Positions 51,505-63,145 of a stretch of DNA of 64,000 nt are shown one piece after another; the first letter of the stretch is position 1, and each line of letters starts with the position of its first letter. The notes under the pieces were generated by a model. That model had not been told where the DNA came from, made no database searches, and saw only the letters and a list, made by a program, of their open reading frames with translations. The translations under genes were made by a program, and so were the position numbers. Source of the stretch: Balanoglossus misakiensis (taxonomy: Eukaryota; Animalia; Hemichordata); NCBI GenBank assembly GCA_040954595.2, contig CM082594.2:9552296-9616295 (forward strand), given 5' to 3'.

Positions 51505-53210
51505 GTTTTTGGTGAACTCTGAAACTCAAAATTTGAGTTCAAAACAAAAAAGACCACTGTTTTTCATATCACCTAATTATCACTTTTCTGCCAAAATCAA
51601 TGCAAATTGGCTGAACAGGCAGAAATGTATAATAAATTTCTCTGTAAATGTTTTTGTATGGTAGCAATTAAAACCAGTTCCCGTATCACTTACTGGTATG
51701 TCAAAGCCAGTGGTTAGTGGTGTCTGCAAGAAGCCTCATTATTACAGTTGTTACCTGTAGTCCATATTGGATAAAGTTCAGCTCAGAGGCTTGACAGCTG
51801 GGTCCCATCCATCCATCCATTTTGTCACTTTGTTTAGAGATACCTAGAGAATTTCTGTCAATACTGATCCAAGGACCAACTTCGTGATTTGCACATGTCA
51901 TGTTGGCAATTATAAATCGGCATTGTATTCTGTGTATTTTGTCAGTCAGTGATTACTTGGACATGCTTTTATAGCCAGAAACGCACCAGGCAAAACGAAA
52001 ATGTCTATACCCTGCTGCATGTGATGGCATTTTGTTCTGTTGTGGGGAAAATAACCCAACTATCATGTCAATTCCAAATTAATATACCAGTGGGGACTGT
52101 GTCATTTACAATGCCTTTTATCGTGACTGTTTTTAATGAAAGCAGACTGAATGCTAATCTGTGTGTACTTGCAAGTACTAAGAGTGAAATTCAACACAGT
52201 TACCGTCTGAGTGAGAACAGGCCATATTTTTATGAGACTTTGCATTCTAATATATTTGTTGGTATGAAATCCCTATTTGATAGAAAATTTTATACATCAG
52301 CCAACCATATTTAATGAAGTTTTATACCAACTTGCCACTTTCAGTAATTTTTTTCAAGCCAACAAATTCATTTTTCTTACAGCAAAATACTGAAATTTGA
52401 TAAGTACTAACTACTAATGCAGGGTCCTGTTTGAATCGTTTAATATTTCATTATATTTAATTATCAAGTACTGTATTTCTTGCCAAAAGTATTGTATAAT
52501 TTCTTGCCAGTTTGGCTTCACTCTGCCACCCCATTAACCTCAGTAGAGACCACCTCTTCTGTGTGACTCGTTACCCCTAAAAAATTTCTACTGTGTGAAC
52601 ATTTTTAGCCACATCCTCTGTCTGTTGTTCAATGTACCGTAATAGTAGTTGAATTTGTGAATATGAGTATCTATGTACAAGAGATTGGAATATTGTAATC
52701 ATCAATTTAAATATTAAAATGAATATTTCGAATTGATAGGATAGCCAAATGAATTTGACTTCAATGGTAAAACATTTTGTAAATTTGATTATGTAGCTAT
52801 TAGCTGGAGAATTTTTTGCACATAAAAGACCTGTGATCAATTTGTAGCAAAAAATTCACCACAGATGAATCAAACTGCATGGTTTTTCCCATGCTATTTA
52901 ATAGTAATACCACAGAATGCATTATAATGCTAGGATTGTAGTAACTGCCTGTTGGTGTAGAACTCATGCCAGCTTTATATTAAAAATGCAGATCTTTGGG
53001 ATTTTCATATATTCTCTAAGTTATGAATATGAGTACATTCTCTAGCTCTAAGCTGTGTAAATTCAACTAGAAATTTGCTTTACTTATTTGCACAGAGCTC
53101 TGCGATACTAGAATGTTGTCTATGTGTGAAGAAGTACTATTTTAGTGATGTCAACTCAATAGGGTAGAGTTTATGTTTTTAAGTTAAGTTTGTATGTGCC
53201 TGCATAGGTA

Positions 53211-53268
53211 AATAAAATAATAAGACTGAAAAGAACACACGCACCTCCAGTATCATTTAATATTTATT
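53211..53268. terminator. Opposed poly(A) signals, probably of TANC (+) and thioesterase A (-)
   Basis: AATAAA at 53211-53216 (+) and TTTATT at 53263-53268 (AATAAA on -), 30 bp past the paralog A stop. Assigning the + signal to TANC is inference. Confidence 0.45.
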
Positions 53269-53297
53269 GAGAATCAGCACAACATATTTGTAGTAAC

Positions 53298-54260
53298 TTA
53301 TAACTTAGCCTGGCTTACTTGAAAGTCAACAATAGCATGACATAATTCAATGGTGTCTTTCTGTACTACGAAGTACAAGATGTTGGGTTTGACTTGATCT
53401 TCCCAAGACATGACTGTTAATTGATCACCAATAAATGCCCGGCCGAAGAAGAACATTGATATCGTGTTGACAGGGTAGAATGCAACGTCTCTGTCGAAAA
53501 GAGAGTATTCTTGATGTTCGGCCCCAAGGGCAGCGTTATCGAGGCAGTATTTGATGAAATTCGTCTGGTCAATTTGATCACCAACACCAGCGTCGCTAGG
53601 CGGGGCCAGAAGTGTATAGGTGTACTGCACTTCTGGTGGTCTGTTTGTGAGTGGAGACATGAATCTGGACTGTTCTTTCATCAGATAGGGTTGAATTTTC
53701 TTGACATCACTGGGTGGAATCTCGACTGGTTCACCAGTGTCGCTGTCCAAATCAACAGTCAGGCTTGCACATTCACAAACCAATTCTCCGTTCTCGGGGA
53801 GTCTGATGACGTCAAGGTAGCTGGTCGATGATGGGCCGATGTCGAAGATAGTTGTTGTCGATTTAAGATGAGATTGCCATTGGAGCGAAGTCCGCAAGGC
53901 AGGGTAGACCTTCATCTCCATTGCTCTGATGAATGCTAATCGCTTGTTGTCTTGGTACCTTGTGATGTAGCCAGGGTAGTCAATGAAACCCAACGTCCTA
54001 TATCGAATAATGTCGATCATGGACATCAACTTATGCAGACTTAATGTACCTATACAGACGAAAAACATTCACTTTTTAATTATCCTGAAAAAAAATCACT
54101 TGGGCTACAGCTGTAATATAGGATATACATATACATGTAGGTCAAAGATGACGAGCGAATTCCGTTCCCAGAACTCACCTGTTCTCTCAAAAAAATCAGC
54201 AGCATACTCCTTGAACAGGACACTTATTTCTCGACCATCAGCAGATAGGACTGTTTCCAT
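53298..54260 (-). CDS. Double-hotdog acyl-ACP-thioesterase-like protein, paralog A (catalytic residues lost), 277 aa
   Basis: Exons 54179-54260 (82 nt) and 53298-54049. Aligns end to end with paralogs B and C, but has SDAGVGDQIDQTNF in place of DxDxNxHxNxxxY and FFGR in place of YIGE. Confidence 0.8.
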
Positions 54261-55146
54261 GGTGACGGACTACTATAAAATAAACCAGTGTAAATGAATT
54301 TATTTTAATTGGTTAATATACGACAAAAGTATTCAGAATTCATGGTAATTGTGACATTCTCGCAAGCCAGTGCTTTAATATTGCCGCTCCACGAATCAAC
54401 GCAAAAATAACCCAGTGTCACTGAAACAGTTGCCGTAAAAAGGTATGTGGTTTACGACGATGGAACACCGTATTACGCACGCCTGTCTTGGCTTGAAACG
54501 AAATCCTGCAAACAGTTCACAACCATACCTTTTCGTTTGCGATCGTCTTTCAACAATAACACACGAGATATTTACGTCGTAGGTTGTAGGGCCCAGTCGT
54601 CGTCCACAGCACTTCAGGTTCTTGAGTCCTGTACTAGTGTTGCCGAAAGTTTGTTGACTTCTTCACTATATAGTCCAGTCAAACGGACAATCTGTAGCGT
54701 CCACTGATATGCAGAATAATCCTAGTACGTTTAACCTTTGACAACTTACCTTTGACCAATCTAGGTTACGAAACGGCCCAGATTTGTACTTTTGGGCGAG
54801 TTAAATAAGGCGTCTCAGGGTTCAGCCATGGATGTATCATATGATTCAACATCGTTAACAAGTATTTACTTCAAGATACCAGTTACTCTGTAACGTGTTT
54901 TTAATGGGGTGTTAAAGGCGAACCATGCATTGAATGATCAATTGGCACAAATATAATATAGTAGTTTTGCAGATTTGAACAAAACATAACTATAATCAAC
55001 AAGTGTGACAATTTCCTTTCTGTAGTTTGACCAATAACACGTACACTTTATTCATTATTCCTTGATCACATAATTAGCCCATCTAAACGTTATTACCTGG
55101 GACTGAAAATAATAGATGCATTCACACATGATTCATGTTTTTCACC

Positions 55147-56218
55147 TCATGCGTTTTTATCATTAAATATAACAACACAGTGAGAAATATCTTCTTCTCT
55201 TTTTTTGATCGCAAAGTGTAGCTCCCAGGGTCTGTTTTCGCCCTCCCATGATATTACTTGCAATTCTTCTCCAGCCCTTACTTCACCAATATAGAGTTGT
55301 GAGAATGACCGGACTTGATAAAAACCAATGTCACCCTTAATTAGAGAGTATGCATGGTCCCGGGCCCCAAGAGCTGCACAATCCATGCAGTATTTTAAAT
55401 AATTGGCCTGATTGATATGAATATTGGTATCTGTATCGCTATGTGGTGCCATAAGGGAATACATATAAGCAACATTTCTGGGTCGATCTTCAAACAGGTT
55501 CATAAACTTCGGTCGTTCGCCAGTTTCAAGTGATTTTAATTTCTGCAGAATATCATCAGGTAATCGGGTCGGTCTTCTCGTCTTTATGTCCACATCGACA
55601 GACAGCAGAGCACATTCGAAGAGCAAGTCTTCAGATTCTTGAAGTCTGACAGAGTTTAGAAAACATTTTGATGTTTTACCAACGTATCCCACGCGGAATG
55701 TCGACATAAGATTTGAGTCCGTCTTCATTTTTGAATACACGGCGGGAAATACTCTCATCTCAACAGCTTTGACGAATGAAACCGTCTCATTGCGTTTTTG
55801 ATCGTAGTTTTCACAAAACGCCAGATGTCCTAAACCATTTGCTGCTCGATAGATTGCGACATTAGTGAGAAAAACCATTTCCGGAAATCGCAGATGACCT
55901 GAAAAGCGGGGAAAATGTCACGAAATAACTAAAAATCAATAATTGTGGTTTTGTCACACTTTCCAGAAAAAAACTTTACAGTCATTACAGCAATAACCGA
56001 TGGTATTGCTTCATGAACCAATCCTCCAATACAAGGGTAATAGGCATGTTATATAGGCCTATTAACAATTACACATCTCAAGGGAGGGGTTGCCCATTTG
56101 GTGGACCATCAGTTCCTAGACTTCGACATTGGTTACCTTGTCTGTCGAAAAGAGCAGCAGCACGTTCTGTAAATAGTGTTTGAACCTCTTTTCCATCTTC
56201 TGACACAGTGGTTTTCAT
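55147..56218 (-). CDS. Double-hotdog acyl-ACP-thioesterase-like protein, paralog B, 277 aa
   Basis: Exons 56137-56218 (82 nt) and 55147-55898. First hotdog: YVGKTS, V.VD..TRRP..LP. Second hotdog: SDTDTNIHINQANY and YIGE, matching the Fat-type DxDxNxHVNN..Y motif. Confidence 0.85.
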
Positions 56219-56873
56219 GATTGATGGTGCTTTATAACTTCAACGTCGTGGGAATCACTGAGGAAAGATGGTGAACTGTTCGTTTACAACGCTGAGAACT
56301 TAAGTGACCTCTAAGTCTAACCTTGAGGCGTACTGGCGTCGTACGAACGGGTCATGGTTCACGATATTACTATTATTAGGCTACATATCTCAGAGTTTGA
56401 GCCGTGCTTCGGTCGTTTGTGCATTTCAGATCAAAGGTGAACTCAACATAAGGGATGGACCATTCCATATCCTGGGGTTATGGTTCGAAGATAAAGACTG
56501 ACAAAAAATCGCACAATGGGAGAGTAAGGAATATTTTAATTTCAAAATTCATAGACAGTTTTGTAGTTAAAGATGCGGGTTTTGTTGTTGGTAGAAATGC
56601 GGTGACAATAGCGTACTCCTTTATATGAAATCGGCTAACTAAACTTTTCACACCAGATCACATGGATCACGTTACCCGTGCTTCGATCACCTGATTACTT
56701 GACCTTTGAACCCACCTAGATACACTATAGGCACGGACGATGAAACCGGTGCTCGCTCGTCGGATGACATTGCCTACCACGTCAGGTACGAGTTTCAGCT
56801 AAGTAATGTTGGTGACTCTGTCGTACACTTGCTGTGGGGTGTGGTTGTACCCCCAGTTCCTACCCTCCCCTTG

Positions 56874-56929
56874 CTCACGTTGCTGTAGGTTGTTGGATTG
56901 GGTCCCCCAACAACCTACAGCAAGGTGAG
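56874..56929. repeat. 23-bp hairpin with one mismatch and a 10-nt loop
   Basis: CTCACgTTGCTGTAGGTTGTTGG / CCAACAACCTACAGCAAgGTGAG. Confidence 0.8.
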
Positions 56930-57040
56930 TGGTAATAGGGCTACGGAACCAATGCAACTTGTAGACATTCTCTTGCAAACTAATGAAAAAAGTTTTCTTT
57001 TCATTTCAAGCCATATCTTGAGGATTCTCATCGGTTAGGG

Positions 57041-58140
57041 ATGAAAGTTGAAACATTTTCAGAGGGCAGGGTGGTTCGATGCACTTTTGATGACCTATTG
57101 CACCACGCCGTGGACAGGATAGGTGAGTTCAATTCAAATTGGTCAAATATTAATTTTTGTCCCAAGACAAACATGACCTAAAATGAGTATTATGTCCGTA
57201 AAGACATTAGCGTGGGCCCAGCTAGTGGGAGAACATTGGAAATTTACATCATAGAATGTAGGACTATCTAGATGCTTTATTTCAATAACAACACTGCACC
57301 TGACTTCAACATTCATACATCTAGGCCTAAGTGAAGACGCCCAAATTAAAAGTAGGCCTACATTTTTTTTCATTGCAAGGTAATTACAATGCTTCAAAAC
57401 TATCAAAGGTTTTTATGGAAGCAAGAGTGACTGGGTGGTTGATGCATGATAAACATGGTCTTGCTGATGCCTTCACCGGTGACCACAGCCTCTTCATCCG
57501 GTCGCAGCGTATCAAAGTCTACCCAGCGTTCTACTCAAAACTCTTCGCCAAACAACCAGCCGTCTGCACCGTTCGAGTTCTGCATGTCGGCAGAACATCA
57601 GTGATACTGCTACACGAACTTTGCATCAAACGAACCGGAGAATTGATCGCGACCAGCCTTGTGCAGTACGTTTTCGTCAGTCGTATAAGCAGACGTTCAG
57701 TTCCTCTACCAGAAAGTTACATCAAGGCAAACGTTCATCTAACACAAATTCCAAGACCGAAAGTTCTGGGCAACTTCCCCGGATTTCCCACAAACCCCAG
57801 AAATTTGTATCAATATACAGTTGTAGTGCCCTCTGAAGATATTGATTTGAATAAACATACCAATCAATCAAATTACATTAAATACTGTATGGAATGTGCA
57901 AAACGTGGAGTCCATGACCGAGCATACTCCAATCTTCTCAAAGATTCAACAGACTATCCAATCAAAGAGATTTCTTTGCAATACATTGGTGAGTCTGTCG
58001 TCAATGATGAACTGTTAGTTATATCGTGGGAAGACGAGACCCGGCCATTTGTGATTCATTTCACCATCCAGAAAGAAGGAAGGGATATTTTGCAATGCAC
58101 TATAATTTTCAATTTGGCAAACTACACAGCCAAGATGTGA
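57041..58140 (+). CDS. Double-hotdog acyl-ACP-thioesterase-like protein, paralog C, 280 aa
   Basis: Exons 57041-57122 (82 nt) and 57380-58140. Motifs HVGRTS, VFVSRISRRSVPLP, EDIDLNKHTNQSNY, YIGE. Confidence 0.85.
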
Positions 58141-58476
58141 CCTGTTTCATTGAATGTGAAACACGCATGTACTACGATACAATACGTGCAATACAATACA
58201 GTATAATAAAATGCAATACAATACAAATCATAATTTATGAATGTGTCTTTCAAAGTGTCAATAATCATAATTATTATTGTATTATAATGAAAAGTAGTAT
58301 TAAAATACACCACAAATGTATTTGTGCACAATATTCAAGAAAAGGATAAACGTACGCGACAATCTCGCTAATAGATAAAATTACAAATAAAACTGTAAAT
58401 GGTCAGTTTTCTGGATATATATGCTTAAAACTGCCATACACCTTATTAATACTATGACATGGTGACAAATATTACT

Positions 58477-60838
58477 TTATGTCAGGTGTCGCAAGAAAGG
58501 CTCATTTGATGGTTGGATTAGCTTGCAATTTCGCAAATCTTCTTTCAAACAGTTGGCCTTGGCGAAATTCGTCTCTATGTCACAATCACGTAATTTGCGA
58601 CGAATTGCCTCTTCCCAAACATCACAATCTCCATCTAAGAAATTATTATTTACACTGGTTTCCACACTGACAAAATCACTATGGCTGGAAACATCGCTAT
58701 GACCTGCACGCTTCATTATTTCCTTCAAAAAGGGTACAATACCAGTGCAACTGGGAACCAGAACGGGTATGCCAGCCTGCATTGCCAGATAAGCTGTATG
58801 ATTGAAGGAATCGACCTTCTCCAGAGCTAGATACAAAGCACTGTCTAATAGCCTGTCTTTGAAAACATCAGGTGACCCCGTGGGATAAACATTGATTTTG
58901 AGATTCTTTGATGATGCTTTATCGTTCAGAAACACTTTGAACGCAGAGATTAGCTCAGTTTTAACTCCCAGGATGTTCCAAACAGGCGACTTTAAACTGT
59001 GTTCAGTGAACCTGTCAGCTACCTTTCCGATTGCCCTGGCAACAAGAGAATACTTCTCGAAGTCGTCCTCGTTGCTGATAGTTCCTGCTGTTAGAATATA
59101 TTTTGTGTGTGTACTGAGTGGTGCAGTTACTTCTAACTTCAGGAATTCTTCGCTAGTTACAGGAAAGTAGCAGCAATGATTTATCTCTTTGCCCTGAATT
59201 TTTGTATATTTCTGATCGAAATGGTCGAAAACATAGGGACCAATGGAGTATACCTCATCTGCCAAGAGAGCATACTTTGAAGCCTCCTTTTCTAGTGCCT
59301 GATCTCCATGGTCTTCGGGCACTGTTAAATTGACCAGAATGAACCTAGCTCCAGGGAAAACACCCTCCTTCCAATCATAAGCTATTTTCAAAAGTCTGGC
59401 ATTATCTTTTGACATGTAAGCGACTACAAGTTTTACGTTGCGAATTGTGGACAGGTGTGGATACAGGCTTTCGTGTTGGACTAGCCAATCAAACGTGGGG
59501 TCACTGCGTTCTAACTTCAACAACTTCTTTCCATCGGGATGAATGAGATAGGCTCCACTTTCGGTGTCTTTAGAGAACGGTTCGTCATTAGACTTGAAGG
59601 TTGGACTGTATGGTGTATGTTCAGTGGCTTGTTCAGATAGCTGGCGATTCATGAAGCTCATTTGATTAGTAAACGTCGAACACGGGTCGGTACTGAGTCC
59701 AACGAGCACTGCACTGTTCCCTATAAGGAAGTATAATGCATAGTTAACATGTATTTGCAATTTACAAAACTTTGATCCTTATATGTTTAATGTGTAATAT
59801 ATTTTGTGAAGAAATGCACATACTTCTTACTTCTGGCCTCCTTCGACCTTCATCTTCCTGTGTTCGTTTTCTGTCAGAAACGGTTTCGTTTCGGTCGTCT
59901 GTCTGTGGTGGAGTAGGGATACTTAGACCGGATTGCGTCCTCTGCTTGAAGAAACTCATGTCTGCCGCCGTTCTGTCTTCCTCTTGCTGATTCGGATGTT
60001 GAAGTATGTTCCCCCTTTCCGTTCTTTTATGAAATGCCGTGTCAGTAGCGAGATTCTTGGTTGTTTCTTGCCCGTGTAGATGTCGCTGTTCTCTCCCCTT
60101 GCTTGGCGCATAGGTTATTGTCGTTGTGATGACCCGCTCTGTCGTTCCGCTGAAAACGATTTCTATGGCCTTGTTACTCTGAACCCGTTCCTCTCGATCC
60201 CCGGGGGTGTCTTCTCCACCAGTCTCCTCCAGAACACAGTTTCCCATGGATACTAGTCCGTCCCCAGGGGGGTTTCCTGGTAGGGCATCCACTTTCTGAC
60301 ATTCTGTTGTTATGCCAACCTCACCGCTTTCTGGGACAATTTCTCTTTCCATGGTTTCGTCCGGAGATTTTTCATTTGCCATCTGTGGTTGACGAGCTGT
60401 AGAGTCGTGAAGCCCCTTTTGTTGTGGGTTTTCTCCGGTGTTTCTGACACATCTGTTTTCCATGTTGTCGCTTTCCATCACACTTTTTTGCAAGTGATCT
60501 GCCGGTGTGTGTTGGGTTGGCGAAATCCTTTGCTTTCCATCTTTCTGGAGGGAAAAGTCTTCCATGTCACGGTTTACAGACACTTCTTCAACAGACAGAG
60601 ATGATAGACCCGCTGAATTCTGAGGCACTAATGTGCCTAGGCCCTGATCGCCAGTTTCTTGAATCGACTGGTGTTCCCCATCGCCACCTCCGATCTTTTC
60701 TTCAGCGGGCAGACCTACACCACCTGCACCTGCCGAATTCTCCACCATAGCTTCTTGAGTTGACCCATAATCTCGGATGCGCTCTTTATCAGTTTCTTCG
60801 CTGGCTTCAACCGATGAATCGGTCAGTTTTTCTCCCAT
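58477..60838 (-). CDS. Protein with an acidic low-complexity N-terminus and a degenerate GT-B/GT4 ('GT4-conflict'-like) glycosyltransferase domain, ~750 aa
   Basis: Two long ORFs join in phase 1 through intron 59721-59823 (A|GTATGT ... TAG|GG). The start is uncertain: ATG 60838 in good context, or an upstream exon spliced to the acceptor before 60925. The C-terminal ~410 aa carry MNRQL, PTFDWL, ADEVYSIGP, YFP, ILTAG, W.ILGV and AMQAGIPVLVPSCTG (GT4 nucleotide-sugar-binding signature). Confidence 0.7.
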
Positions 60839-62162
60839 GGGTTTTAGAGACGTTTGGTGTTCAGGATCTACTGCTTGGTCTTTCCTTTCATTTACTTTCT
60901 TCGTAACTTCTGTTACTATGGAAGCCTGCTCATGGAACGGACTATTACGCCAACCCCAAAGACCAGTTGAACACGGCTTATCGTTGACACAGGCGCTTGT
61001 TAAACAACGCAACGGGGATATTTGCGCCAAAGTTATTAAGGGAAGACTCAAACTGCATGAACTGCTGAACTTTGCACGTAGTTTCGCGCTCGGCCAACGC
61101 CAGCCCAGTGGTAGAAAATTCATTGTACTGCATAATGACAAAAAACAACAACATAACAAACAGTCATAAATATCGAAACACATCAAAAGTTTTACATACA
61201 TTCACTGCAAGGATATGATAACAATCGCCCAAAGCTGCTTTGGATACAAGTTCATACAACCCATATTTGTTGGTCACATCTATATGTGCATTCTGTTAGA
61301 TATCATAAAATAGTTCTGAATATGCGCAGATTGCACGCATGCATGGTGGTCTGAGATGGCAACCTGGTGTACCCCTGAATTTAAAACTTATTTATCTCTT
61401 ACGTATACTCGCTAAAGTTAAAACAGTGGTTATATTATATTTCCCAAAATGCCAAATATTAATGCAATATCCATAAAACATTAGTTTACCGGAACTACTA
61501 CCAGTACAAAGCAAAGGTATTGACTTCCATGGACCAGATTCTGGATTTTCTACGGTGGGCAGTCTGACTTTTTGATGTGCAACTGGCTATGAAGATATAT
61601 TCAAGCAATTTTACGAGGCTGGGGTCGGCTACATACCACTGCAGATTGCAATTCCCTTTCCTGGTGTATTAGTTAGCGCAAGAAGCGACGCAGTAAAGAT
61701 TTCGGTTTGCCCAGAGTAAACACATGTACAGGAATGTACAAAATCTGCAGCACCTACCAACGGGGACTTGTTTATACAAATGTGTATGTGTGTGCGCATG
61801 CTGACCCCAGTCAAAGGACCACAAACCATCGAGAACGGAACTGATATCATCAAAAATACTCAATATTTAAGCAATAATTAACTAGGGAAGCAATGTGTAC
61901 TACTTAAAAGTGGGCCGGTCAACTACTAAAACTTACCGAGGAAACCAATGCAAGATACTTTATATTTTAAAAAATCATCATTGCGTTTAAATAAGTTACA
62001 TTAGAACTAATTGTTTTAATTGAGTGTATGTATGCTTTTTTACTGCGAGCAGGAACCCCGTCGCCTGATCCACTCTGCAGCTCTGCCAGGGCAGGGTAAG
62101 GATGGTGTTTTGAACGAAGGCGCGTATGCTAATTGAAGATGAGGGGGAAGTCTTTATTTCAT

Positions 62163-62253
62163 ACGTCACATCAGGGAATTCCCCGAAAAGCAAACTGCGC
62201 TTGCGCATTTTGATACAACTTGTGCAACTTCCTGGTTTGAGTGCTCGTGACGT
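62163..62253. promoter_or_regulatory. MyD88 upstream promoter cluster: kB site, CRE half-sites, NRF1-like and ETS motifs
   Basis: GGGAATTCCCC 62174-62184, ACGTCA 62163-62168, TGCGCTTGCGCA 62196-62207, ACTTCCTG 62227-62234, TGACGT 62248-62253. CpG-rich and ~230-320 bp upstream of the MyD88 ATG. Confidence 0.6.
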
Positions 62254-62486
62254 GAGTGAGTGGTCGAAAGCCAGATTTCTGTAACACTAGACTTTCTCAA
62301 ACTTGCATCTTTGAATTTGGACAGGGACAAAGGTATTCTCAACAGGATATGGTTGTAGCCTAGGTACGTGCTGTACATTGAGTTGACCCCATCAAGGCGG
62401 ACGGTGTTCCGATCCTCTGTAGGGTCCGGCCAAACGTATAGTCGGCTGAGTGGACGATCGCGTTATCCGTGTGTACCAACAGAAAG

Positions 62487-63055
62487 ATGGCCGCCTCTAT
62501 CAATGAAGAATTGACAGCAGAAGTAATATCTTACAGTGAATTTCTGGTGAGACATCTCGGAGTGCGAACAAGGAATCTCCTTTCTAGATATCTGAACGTG
62601 AATCTGAAAGGCAAAGATTGGCGAGACGTCGCCGATGAACTGGAGTACGATTACCTGACGATCTTGAACTGGGAGCAGAATAAGGACCCGATGGGTTGTT
62701 TGTTACTACACTGGGGAACCAAAGAAAGTAGTACAGTCGGGAAACTGGTGTCCACTTTAACATATTTGGAGCGCGAGGATGTTGTCAGCGAGATCCAGAA
62801 ACCTGTCGGTAAGAAATCCCTCCATTAGAAATCCCTCACTGTAACCATGGTTATCATCCGGTTGTTGCCATGGAGCTAGAGTTGGGAGGGTGGTCCAAGA
62901 GAACAAACCATAGCCATGGGAAACTGTGTCAACATTTTCGTAGAGTGAATTTTTTTTTCTAGCTCGACTACTTTCCATTGTTTAAGTGTGTAGATAAACT
63001 TTCTTTGTCGTTCAGTTTTGTTACATTGTATTGTTGTGAAATTTGGATTGACACC

Positions 63056-63145
<90 letters not shown>

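Noticed and set aside
56740-56786. Upstream ATG exon MKPVLARRMTLPTTS as a targeting peptide for paralog C
   Set aside because: Splicing to the 57011 acceptor gives an in-frame stop within four codons; more likely 5'UTR or a uORF.
60926-61201. N-terminal ~90 aa of the 479-aa ORF
   Set aside because: Cys/Leu-rich intron-like composition upstream of a plausible acceptor; probably not translated.
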